Source of the DNA: Candidatus Bathyarchaeum sp.
Lineage (GTDB): Archaea > Thermoproteota > Bathyarchaeia > Bathyarchaeales > Bathyarchaeaceae
Length of the DNA: 64,000 bases
Direction of reading: 5' to 3'
Assembly: GCA_026014495.1 (NCBI GenBank)
Contig: JAOZIF010000171.1
Span: 34,997-98,996 of the forward strand
Of this stretch, positions 9,250 through 18,458 are shown in pieces. The notes under the pieces were generated by a model, which made no database searches, had not been told where the DNA came from, and was given only the letters and a program-made list of their open reading frames with translations. The first letter of the stretch is position 1. Each line of letters opens with the position of its first letter. Both the position numbers and the translations under genes were made by a program.

Positions 9250-9669
9250 TTAGGCTTTTGTAACGTGGATCAGTCCAGTGTCGCCGCTTCCAAAGCTCTG
9301 TAGGGCTACTCCTACTGCTCTTGCGATTCTATCGGGGACTTCAGTTTGGTCGTATGTTGCTGAGCCGTCAGCTAATGATATGGCTTGGGCGTCTGCGTCT
9401 GTTTGCACAGCTTCGCCTCGAGCTATTGTGTCTCCTGCTGTTACTTTCACTACTCCACGGGTGCACACTGAGCAAAATTCTCCACTTACTACAGTGGTTA
9501 AGGCTACTCCAAGTGCATGCTGGGTTGTTGCAGTGCATTTGTTGACTGTCATGTCTGCGCTCAGGTACACAAGGTCGCCTTTTGTTATGGTTGAGGCAGC
9601 CTCAAAACTTAGTGCTGTCCCGTCGCTTATCATTTCTCCAACTTCTGCGTCAGGCCATAGGTCAGTCAC
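9250..9669 (-). CDS. Capsid cement/decoration protein (DUF2190-like)
   Basis: FEAASTITKGDLV, LGVALTTVVSGE, GVVKVTAGDTIARGEAV; GGAGG SD at 9678-9682. Confidence 0.65.
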   Translation of the reverse strand: MTDLWPDAEVGEMISDGTALSFEAASTITKGDLVYLSADMTVNKCTATTQHALGVALTTVVSGEFCSVCTRGVVKVTAGDTIARGEAVQTDADAQAISLADGSATYDQTEVPDRIARAVGVALQSFGSGDTGLIHVTKA

Positions 9670-9706
9670 GTTAACTTCCTCCAGTTTTTTTGCGGTTTCG
9701 TCAAGT

Positions 9707-10924
9707 TCATCCTTGCTTACTCCCGGTCACTTTTGTTGACTGTGAAGTTAGCCTGTGCCGTAATTGTCGCACAAGCAGTTGCGGTCCAATGCTCCAGGCT
9801 CTGACTATCCAGTCTTCGGGCAACATGTTTAGAACATCCTTTCTAAGTATCAAGTCAGAGTTCTGGGGCTCAGAAGGTGTGATAATTGCCTCTTCCAACG
9901 GTTTTGGCACTTCAGGCTCTGTTTCTGGTTGAGGCGATTTAACTGGAGGTGTTTGTGTTTGTTTTTGCACATACTGTGGATGGGTACTAACCCACTCCTT
10001 CACTTTTTCTAATGTCCAGCCTTTGTCCTTCATGAAAAGCAGTGCCATAGGCTGGGGATTCTCTGGTTTATCGCGCAGTAGCCCGTAGATTGCTTGTATT
10101 CCGTTGGTTTGGTCAATCCAAACTGTGGAGAAATGCTCTTCCATGAATACTGCGGACTCAATTATTGGATAAAATATAAATTGCTGTTGAAGCGAAACCT
10201 GTTCGTTCGCTTTTGTTTCATTCTCTTTGAACTTGTTGATTATTGCTTCCCAGAGTTCCACGGTTGTTTGGGGGTCTCCAGGCTGGTAATCTTTCAGGAG
10301 TGAAAGTCCTGTGAATTTGATTCCTCTTGGTGCGTGTCCGTTGAGTTTTTCTAGGGTTTTCCACTCGAATTCTACGCTGCAGTGTTGTATTGTGCCATCC
10401 TCGATCTGTTTTGTTATATCAGGGTCGTCAAGTTGAGCTACATATTCAATTGCTCCATCTTCATACTCTGCACCGAGTACCCTGCCGTTAATTGGTGTTT
10501 TGTGGTCAAGAATCAGATGTGTTCCTGCTAAGGTGTGAGCGGATTTTTCTAGTTCTTCTTTGAGGTATTCTCTTATCTGTGGCCACTCTTGGGGGTGGAC
10601 TGTTCTGATTGGGTGTAGGGCTTTTCCTCGGATCAGGTTTCCTGTTTGTGGAATATTTTTGATTGTGCCTGTCCAGTTGAATGATTCTTTAGCCTGTTTT
10701 TCATGCTCATTAAACCATTCTTGTGCTTTTTCTGTTGTCCATCCTTTTTCTTTGTTGAACAGGTAACTTACAACTTCTGTTGCTTCTTTATTCCATTGTT
10801 TTGCTGTTATTGCTTGAATGCCTTCTTCTTGGTTGAGGGTTATTGTTTTGAGGGTTTCTGGGTCAAAATCTTCAGGGTTGTTGTGTCCTGAACGAATGAC
10901 TGTTTGGGTTTGGTCCCATGGCAA
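9707..10924 (-). CDS. Prohead protease/scaffold-like protein
   Basis: Central LILDH...G.VL.AEYEDG...CSVEF...FTGLSLL (putative His/Ser); TTG at 10924 with AGGTG SD; upstream of cement and capsid genes. Confidence 0.65.
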   Translation of the reverse strand: MPWDQTQTVIRSGHNNPEDFDPETLKTITLNQEEGIQAITAKQWNKEATEVVSYLFNKEKGWTTEKAQEWFNEHEKQAKESFNWTGTIKNIPQTGNLIRGKALHPIRTVHPQEWPQIREYLKEELEKSAHTLAGTHLILDHKTPINGRVLGAEYEDGAIEYVAQLDDPDITKQIEDGTIQHCSVEFEWKTLEKLNGHAPRGIKFTGLSLLKDYQPGDPQTTVELWEAIINKFKENETKANEQVSLQQQFIFYPIIESAVFMEEHFSTVWIDQTNGIQAIYGLLRDKPENPQPMALLFMKDKGWTLEKVKEWVSTHPQYVQKQTQTPPVKSPQPETEPEVPKPLEEAIITPSEPQNSDLILRKDVLNMLPEDWIVRAWSIGPQLLVRQLRHRLTSQSTKVTGSKQG

Positions 10925-11104
10925 ACTTTTGCACCTAACATGATTGGTGCGATGCAATGTTAAAAGATGAAATCAGCACTTGAGACAGATTAACTATTGT
11001 GCCATACTTGGTTTTTGTTGTTTTATTTTCGGTTACCTCTCTATGGAACGTTGTTGTTTGTTGGTTAACAGCCTTTTTAGCTGTATTTAGTGAACTTCTT
11101 GGTT

Positions 11105-11320
11105 ATGGTAAAAATACAAAAACGGCTAGTGAAGAAGCGATACTACAGTAAGGCAGAATACAAGTACCCAGTGTATTCTTTGACTATACCTAAGGAGTTT
11201 CACGACCTTCTTAAACCGTTCTTAGATGAAGACTTGGAAGCAAAAGTAGAACACAAAACAGATGTTTTAACAATCACTCTAATGCCAAGCAGTCACAATT
11301 CATCCCGAACCAAGTTTTGA
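11105..11320 (+). CDS. Small AbrB/SpoVT-like DNA-binding protein
   Basis: YSLTIPKEFHDLL...LEAKVE...LTITL pattern; divergent from the capsid operon. Confidence 0.45.
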   Translation: MVKIQKRLVKKRYYSKAEYKYPVYSLTIPKEFHDLLKPFLDEDLEAKVEHKTDVLTITLMPSSHNSSRTKF

Positions 11321-12003
11321 AATCTTTTTTTGAACTTCAGAAATTATTTATCTGGATTCTTGTTAACTCAGCTTGGGGCATGCTTGTTATGTTTAATAGT
11401 AAAAAGAATCCTGAGCCTTTTACAGACTTTCTTTATTGTTTAGGGAGTTTGGAGCGCAAAAACAGCCAACTATTTGCTGAATTGGCAAGCAAAACCGTTC
11501 TTTCTGAGGTTCGGGGCAACTTGCTCAAGATTTCTGAGGGCAATGAAATGCATGCCAAAGTTCTCATCGAATTGAGTGGTCGGGTTGAGGGTCCAAAGCC
11601 AAAAACAGGTGAGTGTAAACGAAAACTAAGACCTGTGTGTAAACTTACTGAGTCACTTCTTAATCAGGTGCACAAAAAGAAGACGCTTTCTGCAGATGAG
11701 CTTTCATCTATTTTGCTGACTTTGGAGCGTTCAGGTGGTGCTATGCAGTATTTGCAGATTCAGGCTGAAACTTTTCTTTTTATGTCAAAAGAAATCAGTC
11801 AACTGTATGGCATGAACTTGGAAGTTTTTCATGACCATATTATGGAAATTGCTCAACAAGTGGAAGAACATATAGAACTTTTGGAGGAAGTGAAAACGAT
11901 GATTGCACAGAGCACTAGGAAAAAGGATGGAATGCATCATCCAGTGGTTAAGTACCAAACTCCTGATGCATGGTTTCAACCAAGAACTATGGGTGAATCA
12001 TAG
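11317..12003 (+). CDS. Ferritin-like helical protein
   Basis: Paired LE.....F..LA and E.H / EEH helices; start uncertain. Confidence 0.5.
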   Translation: MKSFFELQKLFIWILVNSAWGMLVMFNSKKNPEPFTDFLYCLGSLERKNSQLFAELASKTVLSEVRGNLLKISEGNEMHAKVLIELSGRVEGPKPKTGECKRKLRPVCKLTESLLNQVHKKKTLSADELSSILLTLERSGGAMQYLQIQAETFLFMSKEISQLYGMNLEVFHDHIMEIAQQVEEHIELLEEVKTMIAQSTRKKDGMHHPVVKYQTPDAWFQPRTMGES

Positions 12004-12507
12004 TTAAAACTGGTTTAGGCTAAACAGTTCGTCTTTTTGTTTCTTTTTTCTTGGTTTGGGTGTTTCTGCAGGATACCCAAAAGTGACTAGGGCTACGACT
12101 TTCCAGTCTTGAGGAATTTTCAGAGCCTGTTTGATTTTCTCTTCGTTGAAACTTCCTATCCAGCATGAACCGACTCCTAAGCTCCAAGCAGCAAGAACCA
12201 TGTTTTCTAAGGCAATTGTAGTGTCGATTGTTGCCCATTTTCCAGTTAACACTGCTTTTGGGTTAGCACATCCAACAATTATAACAGGGGCTTTTTCGAG
12301 GAATTGACTAAGAAGCCCCTTCAGTTCTTTTTTGATTTTGGCATCTGTTACAATAACGAAGCGGTATGGCTGTCTGTTTGCTGCGGAAGGTGACTGTCTA
12401 CCTGCTTCAACTATCTGATCCAAAACATCTTTTGGAATTTCCTTGTTTTCGTAACGTCTAATGCTTTTGCGACTTAAAATAATTTTAAGTATGGACATGA
12501 GCATCAA
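12004..12507 (-). CDS. Nitroreductase family protein
   Basis: RKSIRRY, SPSAANRQPYRFVIV, LGVGSCWIG. Confidence 0.9.
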   Translation of the reverse strand: MMLMSILKIILSRKSIRRYENKEIPKDVLDQIVEAGRQSPSAANRQPYRFVIVTDAKIKKELKGLLSQFLEKAPVIIVGCANPKAVLTGKWATIDTTIALENMVLAAWSLGVGSCWIGSFNEEKIKQALKIPQDWKVVALVTFGYPAETPKPRKKKQKDELFSLNQF

Positions 12508-12637
12508 TACTATTTTGTGGTTTATTGTATATTTATCTGTTCAAACAGTGTGTTTTTGGTTAGTTAATTGCTTGATGGAAATATTTAATTAGCTAACTAA
12601 CTATTTTTGATTGATCCTAAACACTAGAGGAATCTGA

Positions 12638-13063
12638 TTGGAAGACAGTTTGAGCTATTTGTTACGCACTGTTGCAATGCGATACCGTTACTATGCACAC
12701 AACATGTTAGGTAAAGACAAATGGGGCGTCAGCCAAGATTTAATCATTTACCATCTTGCAAAACAAAAACATCTTAATCAAAAGGACCTTGTCAACAAAC
12801 TAAACATTACACCCGCTTCAGTTTCAAGTGTTGTTGGTCAGATGGAATCTGAAGGATTACTTGTAAGAGTTCAAGACGAAGAAGATGCAAGAAAATTTAG
12901 ATTATCGCTAACCGAGAAAGGCCAGAATCTGTTGCCCCCTGTAATAAATTCGTGGCTTAACATCCAAGAAGACATAACCAAAGGGTTCACTGAAGAAGAA
13001 AAAGTAACCTTTTTACGTCTTTTAAAGCAAGTAGAACGGAATCTTGACGAGCTAACCCATTAA
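12638..13063 (+). CDS. MarR family regulator
   Basis: QKDLVNKLNITPASVSSVVGQMESEGLLVR...LSLTEKG. Confidence 0.9.
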   Translation: MEDSLSYLLRTVAMRYRYYAHNMLGKDKWGVSQDLIIYHLAKQKHLNQKDLVNKLNITPASVSSVVGQMESEGLLVRVQDEEDARKFRLSLTEKGQNLLPPVINSWLNIQEDITKGFTEEEKVTFLRLLKQVERNLDELTH

Positions 13064-13065
13064 CA

Positions 13066-14280
13066 TTGAAAGAGGACTATTTGTTGAAAAATAACCAAAA
13101 ACCTGAAGCAGACGATTTCGTGTTTGACAAGCGACTCTACGTAATATTCTTGATAATATTCACAGAAGTGTTGGGTTTCAGCATAGTCTTGCCGTTAATC
13201 CCCTTTTTAGGATTAGAGCTTGGATTAACTGCAGTGCAAATAGGGCTTATTGCAAGTGTGTTCAGTGTCTGTCAATTATTTGCCAGCCCAATAACAGGCA
13301 AACTAAGTGACCACTTTGGACGCAAACCATTGTTCATCTTAAGTCAAATAAGCACATTTGCTGGTTTCATCTTCCTTGGATTTGCTACAACTGCAATTCT
13401 GTTAATTATTGCACGGTTAATTGACGGATTACTCGGAAGTAACATGACTGTCAGCGAAGCCTACATCAGCGACATAACTGAACCTAAACACCGAACCCGA
13501 GTCTACGGATATTCCAGTGGAGTATTTGGCGCTGGGTTGATATTTGGTCCTGTTATTGGCGGTGTTCTATCTACAATTAATTATTCTATTCCAATGTTCT
13601 TTGCAGCAGGCATAACATTGGTTTCAATTATCCTGATTTTTTTCCTTCCTGAAACAGTAACTAAAAAGACAGGCAAACTTTCTCTTAGCTTCAATGATGT
13701 TCTTCCTGTTAATGATGTTAAATCCTTCATAAAAAACCACAAAGTAAGAAACAGTTTGTTAATGTTTTTTATTTACAACATCGGATTTCAATTGTTTATC
13801 TCTAACTTTAGTTTACTCGCAGAAAGCCAATTTAACGCCAGCGCTAACCAAGTTAGCTTTTACATGGCATGGATTGGCATACTACGCGTAATCATCCAAA
13901 CACTCCTAATTGCCCGTGTACTGCGCGCCTTGGGTGAAAGACACATCCTAATAACAGGAATACTTTCCATGGCCCTTTCAATGATAACTATTGCATTTTC
14001 GACAGAATATCTGTTTGTTTTCGTTCCATTAATCTTTCTTGCCTATGGCACAGGAGTCAGCAGACCCATTTTAACAAGTAAACTAACAAACAGCGTTACA
14101 CAAAAGGAAACTGCAACAATCCTAGGCGTTAACAACTCACTAAATAGCGTAGCCCAAATAATAACACCAATTGTAGGAGGATTTGTAATTGAGTACTTGC
14201 CATCACAAACGTTACCTATAATGTCAACTGTGTTCTTTGCATCACTGTTACTCTTTCTAAGAAACAGGGCTAAACCTTAA
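13066..14280 (+). CDS. MFS transporter (TetA/DHA1-like)
   Basis: GKLSDHFGRK motif A, about 12 TM segments. Confidence 0.9.
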   Translation: MKEDYLLKNNQKPEADDFVFDKRLYVIFLIIFTEVLGFSIVLPLIPFLGLELGLTAVQIGLIASVFSVCQLFASPITGKLSDHFGRKPLFILSQISTFAGFIFLGFATTAILLIIARLIDGLLGSNMTVSEAYISDITEPKHRTRVYGYSSGVFGAGLIFGPVIGGVLSTINYSIPMFFAAGITLVSIILIFFLPETVTKKTGKLSLSFNDVLPVNDVKSFIKNHKVRNSLLMFFIYNIGFQLFISNFSLLAESQFNASANQVSFYMAWIGILRVIIQTLLIARVLRALGERHILITGILSMALSMITIAFSTEYLFVFVPLIFLAYGTGVSRPILTSKLTNSVTQKETATILGVNNSLNSVAQIITPIVGGFVIEYLPSQTLPIMSTVFFASLLLFLRNRAKP

Positions 14281-14313
14281 TCCTACTACCATACAAATAG
14301 TGTTTGAATTAGC

Positions 14314-15588
14314 ATGGTTAATTTAGCAGTTATAGGCGCAGGAATCGGAGGTTGTTCTGCAGCATATTTTGCTCACAAATATATTCCAGACTCAAAGGTG
14401 ACTGTTTATGAGATGGAAAACAGAGTCGGTGGAAGAGCCTTTACTTACTCTAAAGAAGAAATGAACACTGAGTTGGGTGCAGAGTTCTTCAATCCCACTA
14501 ACAAGACAGTCTGCAACCTTGTAGATGAACTGGGTCTCAAAGTAAAGAAACTCAAGGAGACTACAGATATTGCAGTATGGAATGGAACAGAAATCATCTT
14601 CAAGTCAAGTCAGCCAATGTTTTATAATCTGCTAAAACTGTTCACCAAATACAAGCTTAGTGTGCCACGGCTACTTCGCATGTTAAGAGAAGCAAATGGA
14701 CAAATAAAAAAATTATACACAAAAGAAAAACCTGCAGAGTTCTGGGAACATTTTGAAAATGTTGGTCTTGACAAGTGGCATAAACTGCGGTTTGACAACA
14801 TTTTGGTTAACATGGGAATTGACCACAAATTTATAGATGAAATAATCACGCCTATCACAAGGATAATTTACTCCCAAAACGCTGAGCTGGGAGGATTCGC
14901 TGGGCTCTCAGCTTTACTGGGCGTCTATGGAGAAGCAATTTACCGTCTCAAAGACGGCAACGATAGTTTGCCAAGAAAGCTTCTTGAAGCATCCCCTTCT
15001 AAGCTTGAATTAGAAAGCAAAGTGAAAAGCATCGAAAAAACCTCTAAAGGCTCTTTTAGGATCTTAGTTGGAGAGAATGCCTCAGTTTTTGATGCCGTGA
15101 TTATTGCAACACCATTAGAAGTCGCTGATATAGCCATTGACGGAGTGCCAAAACAGTTGCAAGCACGTGAATACCAGAAAATCTACATCAGATTAATGAA
15201 GGGAACTGTAAATTTGAGGTATTTTAATCTTAATGCATCCGATAAATTGCCCTCTATTATCCTCACTTCCAAACAAGCAGATCCACTAACTCGGTTTTCA
15301 TTTAATAAATCACCAAAAAGCGATGAAACGTGGGTGAGTGTCACCTCAACGGAGCCAATAGGAAACGATCTTTTAGACGAGCTTTTCGAGAACGGGAGAA
15401 CTATTGTAGATCATACTTGGAATGCAGCATACCCAATTTTCAAACCAACCCCGAAACTTCCATCTACTTGCCTTGACAAGGGACTACTATACCTTAACTC
15501 GATAGAATCTGCAGCCTCAAGCCTAGAATCATCAACGTTTGCCGCCCTAAACAGCATAAAAATAATAAAAGAACAACTAGACACCTAA
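14314..15588 (+). CDS. FAD-dependent oxidoreductase, prenylcysteine oxidase/lyase-like
   Basis: VIGAGIGGCSAAY, VGGRA, ELGAEFFNPTN, VWNG, ITRIIYSQN, GNDSL. Confidence 0.7.
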   Translation: MVNLAVIGAGIGGCSAAYFAHKYIPDSKVTVYEMENRVGGRAFTYSKEEMNTELGAEFFNPTNKTVCNLVDELGLKVKKLKETTDIAVWNGTEIIFKSSQPMFYNLLKLFTKYKLSVPRLLRMLREANGQIKKLYTKEKPAEFWEHFENVGLDKWHKLRFDNILVNMGIDHKFIDEIITPITRIIYSQNAELGGFAGLSALLGVYGEAIYRLKDGNDSLPRKLLEASPSKLELESKVKSIEKTSKGSFRILVGENASVFDAVIIATPLEVADIAIDGVPKQLQAREYQKIYIRLMKGTVNLRYFNLNASDKLPSIILTSKQADPLTRFSFNKSPKSDETWVSVTSTEPIGNDLLDELFENGRTIVDHTWNAAYPIFKPTPKLPSTCLDKGLLYLNSIESAASSLESSTFAALNSIKIIKEQLDT

Positions 15589-15733
15589 CATTGCAGCAAA
15601 ACTAATGCTAGATTGTGTTATCACCTGAATAACAGTAATTGCCAGTTCTCTCAAGCTGAGGATTAAAATTTGACTTTTCCTTTTTTATTTATTCAAGATA
15701 TCTTTTTATCAACTAGCTAATCTAGTAATATTC

Positions 15734-16636
15734 ATGCCTGAGAGGGAGAAACGGGTTCGTTTTGCTGCGTTTTTGAATGTTGCCTTCACTATCTTAGAGC
15801 TTGTTGGCGGATTGTGGACAAACAGCCTTGCAATTCTTTCTGACGCATTACATGACTTCGGCGACAGTGTCGCATTACTAGCCTCATGGCTTTTCGAACG
15901 TGGCGCACGCAAATCACCTGATACAAACCGAACATTCGGGTACCAACGGCTATCCCTGTTTTCTGCAATATTTGCCGCTTCTATCCTTATTGGAGGTTCT
16001 ATCATAATCATCTTTCAGGCCATACCTCGTTTATTAAATCCAGAAGCTGTAAACGCAACTGGAATGGTTGGCATCGCCATCATAGGCATCGTATTCAATG
16101 GCACAGGATTCTTTTTACTAAAAAAAGGAGAAAGCCTAAACGAAAAAGTGCTTTCTTGGCATCTCCTAGAAGATGTACTAGGTTGGGTAGGCATTCTTGC
16201 TGGAGCAATAGTAATCTACTTCTGGAAAATTTACATCCTTGACCCAATAATAACAATCGGCTTAACTGTCTTCATCCTCTACAACGTAACAAAAAGTCTC
16301 ACAGAAGCAATCAATATCCTTTTGCAGGGTGTGCCAAAACACATCAATCTCGAAGTCGTCAAACAAGACCTAAAATCAATCAAAGGCGTAATTGGAATCC
16401 ACGATATCCACATCTGGTCCTTAGAGGGAGAAACCGATGTCTTCACAGCACATGTAGTGCTAGACAATGAAACCCTAAAAAGCCCTGAACCCACCAAACA
16501 AACAATCAAAAAAACACTCCAAAAACATCACATTGAACATTCAACAATTGAACTAGAAAGCAAATACCACTGCTCAGGCATGATATGTGAAGAACGGCAC
16601 ACAAACAACAAACCAAACAGCGCCCCTGAAAAATAG
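15734..16636 (+). CDS. Cation diffusion facilitator (CzcD-like Zn/Co/Cd exporter)
   Basis: LSDALHDFGD, HLLED, IHDIHIW, EHSTIELE. Confidence 0.92.
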   Translation: MPEREKRVRFAAFLNVAFTILELVGGLWTNSLAILSDALHDFGDSVALLASWLFERGARKSPDTNRTFGYQRLSLFSAIFAASILIGGSIIIIFQAIPRLLNPEAVNATGMVGIAIIGIVFNGTGFFLLKKGESLNEKVLSWHLLEDVLGWVGILAGAIVIYFWKIYILDPIITIGLTVFILYNVTKSLTEAINILLQGVPKHINLEVVKQDLKSIKGVIGIHDIHIWSLEGETDVFTAHVVLDNETLKSPEPTKQTIKKTLQKHHIEHSTIELESKYHCSGMICEERHTNNKPNSAPEK

Positions 16637-16870
16637 TTCTTATCCAAGAAAAACAAGGTTTTTGACCCCGGCAAAACAACACAAACAGCCTCACTCAAGC
16701 AGCAGTTTTAACATGAACTTAGATACTGTTTTCATATATCTACCCGAAGAAACGTTTTCGCCCTAGGCGTTTCTTTCCGAATAACTGTTTTACCGCAGCC
16801 CAAAACAGACCAAACATGTAAAAAAAAGTGATAGCTCCGAAAAAGCTTTCATTTTAGTTGGTGATGCTGT

Positions 16871-17182
16871 ATGCGTCGTGGACCAAAAAAAGGCTCAAAA
16901 TTCTGTGACTTGCTAGAGGCACTAAAATTTCTTAACATGTTCAAAAAAACTCCAAAAAACGTGTACCAACTCTATCACAGTAGCCTGCATTTTGACACCA
17001 AAAAAATCTACCGTTACCTTAGATACTGTATCAAAGAAGAGCTTCTAGAAATTGACCACATCGAAGAGGCAAAATTTCTTCCCTCAAAATACTACAGGCT
17101 CACACAGAAAGGAAGAGACTTCATTGACCTCTTCAATGATTCACACAAGAAACCATTAGCACCTAAACAAAACTCGGCATAG
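16871..17182 (+). CDS. Winged helix-turn-helix protein
   Basis: YRYLRYC...YYRLTQKGRDF wing motif; directly upstream of the portal gene. Confidence 0.65.
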   Translation: MRRGPKKGSKFCDLLEALKFLNMFKKTPKNVYQLYHSSLHFDTKKIYRYLRYCIKEELLEIDHIEEAKFLPSKYYRLTQKGRDFIDLFNDSHKKPLAPKQNSA

Positions 17183-17224
17183 ATGCTCATTTTAACTTAA
17201 GACCAAAAATCACCCACAAAACTG

Positions 17225-18442
17225 TTGGATGTAACAACCTTGAGCGCAGTTGTAAAAAAATTCAAACACCTATACGAAAAACTGCAACCAAACACCGGAA
17301 CTCTTCTTCCTGCATGGCGACAAGTCTATGGAGAAACTCGAACAGTCAGTTTCGGTGACATGCTAACCGCTTATGGTCAAGATCCAAGCTGCAAGGCTTT
17401 TGTTGATTTCTTGGCTGACCAAGCTGTAGGTGCAGGGTTCTATACTACAGTTAACGAGCAATACGGCAAAGCTGACCAAACAAAACAAATAGTGGACGAC
17501 TTCAACGAAGCCGTCAACCTTGATGAACTACTCCAAATCGCAGCCAGAGAAATTGTAGCATCAGGCAATAGTTTTTGGCTAAAAACTGAACCCGAAAATC
17601 TGCAAAACCTCAAAATCCTTCCACTAACCGGATTTGATAACCCAACTGCAATAAAACGAAACCAATACGGCACCGTAACAGGTTACAACTACATCTACGG
17701 CGAAGTAAAAACGGCCTTTACACCAGAAAAAATAGTCCACTTCCGTTGGAACCCAACAAATTTTTCAGCATATGGAACTGGTGTCCTTCAAGTATTGCTC
17801 AGCGAACTATGCTTCAACGGAGAAACCAGACTCAGCTTTTTGGAAATGAAAGCCCGAATCGAAAAAATTATGCCTGAAATCTTCGAAAAATATGCAGGAC
17901 CAGACGAACTGTGGATATTCGCCGGGGCAAGCGACGAAAAACTTGCAGAATACCAAAAACTCATAAAAACAAAACCCAAAGCTGGTGCACGATTTGTTTA
18001 CAACAAACCAGAAGCAGACATAAAAACTGTTTCTGTTGACCCAAGGGCACGGTACGAACCCTACATAGATCATGTTCTAAACCAAGTCTATCTGGGCGGA
18101 CAAACTCCCCTGCCAAAGCTTTTTACAACTCCTGGATTCACAGAAGCATCTGCCCGAGCAGCCCTAGACATCGCAGAAAGGAAAGTCATGGCACTGCAAC
18201 GCTTCGTAAAACGAACCTGCGAGCGAGAAATCTTTTCTCCTATAATACAGCAGGCGGGACTTGACCCCAAAAAGGCAAATTGCAGACTAAACTGGGGCAC
18301 AGAAAAACCTGAAGTTAAACTCGAAGACCTAATCCGATTAGCCGAAATGAGCTCTAATCAAGAAAATCCGATTGTGAGACCTGAGGAAGTGAGAAAAAAC
18401 TTGGTTAAAGCAGGCTTTGAGTTGTGGGAAAGAAACCAGTAA
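17225..18442 (+). CDS. Phage-type portal protein
   Basis: 405 aa; AREIVASGNSFW, LKILP, EKIVHFRWN...YGTGVL, ERKVMALQRFV...EIFSPI. Confidence 0.75.
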   Translation: MDVTTLSAVVKKFKHLYEKLQPNTGTLLPAWRQVYGETRTVSFGDMLTAYGQDPSCKAFVDFLADQAVGAGFYTTVNEQYGKADQTKQIVDDFNEAVNLDELLQIAAREIVASGNSFWLKTEPENLQNLKILPLTGFDNPTAIKRNQYGTVTGYNYIYGEVKTAFTPEKIVHFRWNPTNFSAYGTGVLQVLLSELCFNGETRLSFLEMKARIEKIMPEIFEKYAGPDELWIFAGASDEKLAEYQKLIKTKPKAGARFVYNKPEADIKTVSVDPRARYEPYIDHVLNQVYLGGQTPLPKLFTTPGFTEASARAALDIAERKVMALQRFVKRTCEREIFSPIIQQAGLDPKKANCRLNWGTEKPEVKLEDLIRLAEMSSNQENPIVRPEEVRKNLVKAGFELWERNQ

Positions 18443-18458
18443 CCGGGAGGTGAGGTAT

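Noticed and set aside
16746-16780. Short inverted repeat (gaaacg/cgtttc) upstream of the wHTH-portal cassette as an operator or packaging site
   Set aside because: Too short and imperfect to distinguish from chance
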